From an uncultured Verrucomicrobiae bacterium (GTDB taxonomy: Bacteria > Verrucomicrobiota > Verrucomicrobiia > Chthoniobacterales > Chthoniobacteraceae), in contig CAVYKI010000006.1 of the NCBI GenBank assembly GCA_963769025.1, forward strand, positions 608,001-672,000: 64,000 nucleotides of DNA. The letters run 5' to 3'. Below the pieces are notes generated by a model. The model had not been told where the DNA came from. It did not search any database and worked only from the letters and a program-made list of their open reading frames with translations. This document shows positions 63,437 to 64,000 of the stretch, piece after piece. Both the position numbers and the translations under genes were made by a program. The number at the start of each line of letters is the position of its first letter. Within the stretch, counting starts at the first letter, position 1.

Positions 63437-64000
63437 CTACAGTTCCAGCGACCGGAGCAGCTCCTTGTCCACCCTGCCGGTGACCTCCAGATTGTTCTCT
63501 TCCTGATAGGCGCGGATGGCAGTGCGGGTGTTCGCGCCGATTTCGCCGTCCACCTTGTCCGTGTAGTAACCGAGCTTCTTGAGCTTGCGCTGCACCAGGC
63601 CGACGATGGAATCGGAAGTCGTTTCCCTCGTCGAATACACGACCCGCGGCGCAACCGGCTCCGGCGGATGCGGCGGGATGATGAGCGTCAGCGGGTCACG
63701 GCGCGGACGCGGCGCGGGAATCGGCGGGCGCGGCTCAGGACCCGGGCCGGGATCGAATTGAGGACCGGGACGAATGGTGATCCCAAGCCCGCCGGGCCCT
63801 TGGATCGTCGCCGAGGGTCCGCCGGGGCGCTGAGGGGCCGTAGGTCCGCCGGGACGTTGCGTCGTCGTCGGGCCGCTGGGACGCTGCTGCGTCGGCGGGC
63901 CGCTTGGCCTTTGCGGGGCGGCCGGCGCGGACGGTGCCGCTGGCGCTGCTTGTCCTTGCCCCGGTGCCTGGCCTCGGCCTTGCGGCGCGGTTGGCGGCTG
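63437..64000 (-). CDS. Pro/Gln-rich protein with C-terminal peptidoglycan-binding domain (5' partial)
   Basis: VQRKLKKLGYY...DGEIGANTRTAIRAYQ..NLEVTG; frame stays open to the window edge with QRPxGP repeats. Confidence 0.85.
   Translation of the reverse strand, partial: QPPTAPQGRGQAPGQGQAAPAAPSAPAAPQRPSGPPTQQRPSGPTTTQRPGGPTAPQRPGGPSATIQGPGGLGITIRPGPQFDPGPGPEPRPPIPAPRPRRDPLTLIIPPHPPEPVAPRVVYSTRETTSDSIVGLVQRKLKKLGYYTDKVDGEIGANTRTAIRAYQEENNLEVTGRVDKELLRSLEL

Overview
GC-rich bacterial chromosome segment. Gene content (PSD-domain/DUF1552 pair, sulfatase, squalene-hopene cyclase, cytochrome b-c fusion) suggests a Verrucomicrobia, Chthoniobacter-like organism; this is an inference. Bases 1-26 kb are mostly housekeeping: qor, Rieske/cytochrome bc, cysD-cysNC split by an antisense hicBA, sodA, acpP, sucCD, tRNA-Gly, gap and an ABC exporter. 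About 26.4-45.5 kb is an accessory general-stress/signalling island (MgtC, BON-MscS, ECF sigma, NtrC-type activator, CsbD, YihY, NarL-type regulator, kaiC-kaiB-kaiB-hybrid kinase). It carries a ~1.5 kb direct duplication and ends at an IS5-family element. The most unusual locus lies immediately to its right (45.5-48.9 kb): a truncated XRE-HTH gene, then a 13-unit array with exact 42-bp periodicity whose CAATC core flips orientation and self-pairs in several registers, then a REP-like palindrome, a helical + FN3-like protein gene and a collagen/fibre-like protein gene. The rest holds DUF1552/PSD genes, an SHC-like cyclase, sucB and sucA (several frameshifted, probably sequencing errors), GNAT, PhzF, WD40, an SGNH hydrolase and a peptidoglycan-binding protein. 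Family assignments come from recognising motifs by eye; no database search was run.
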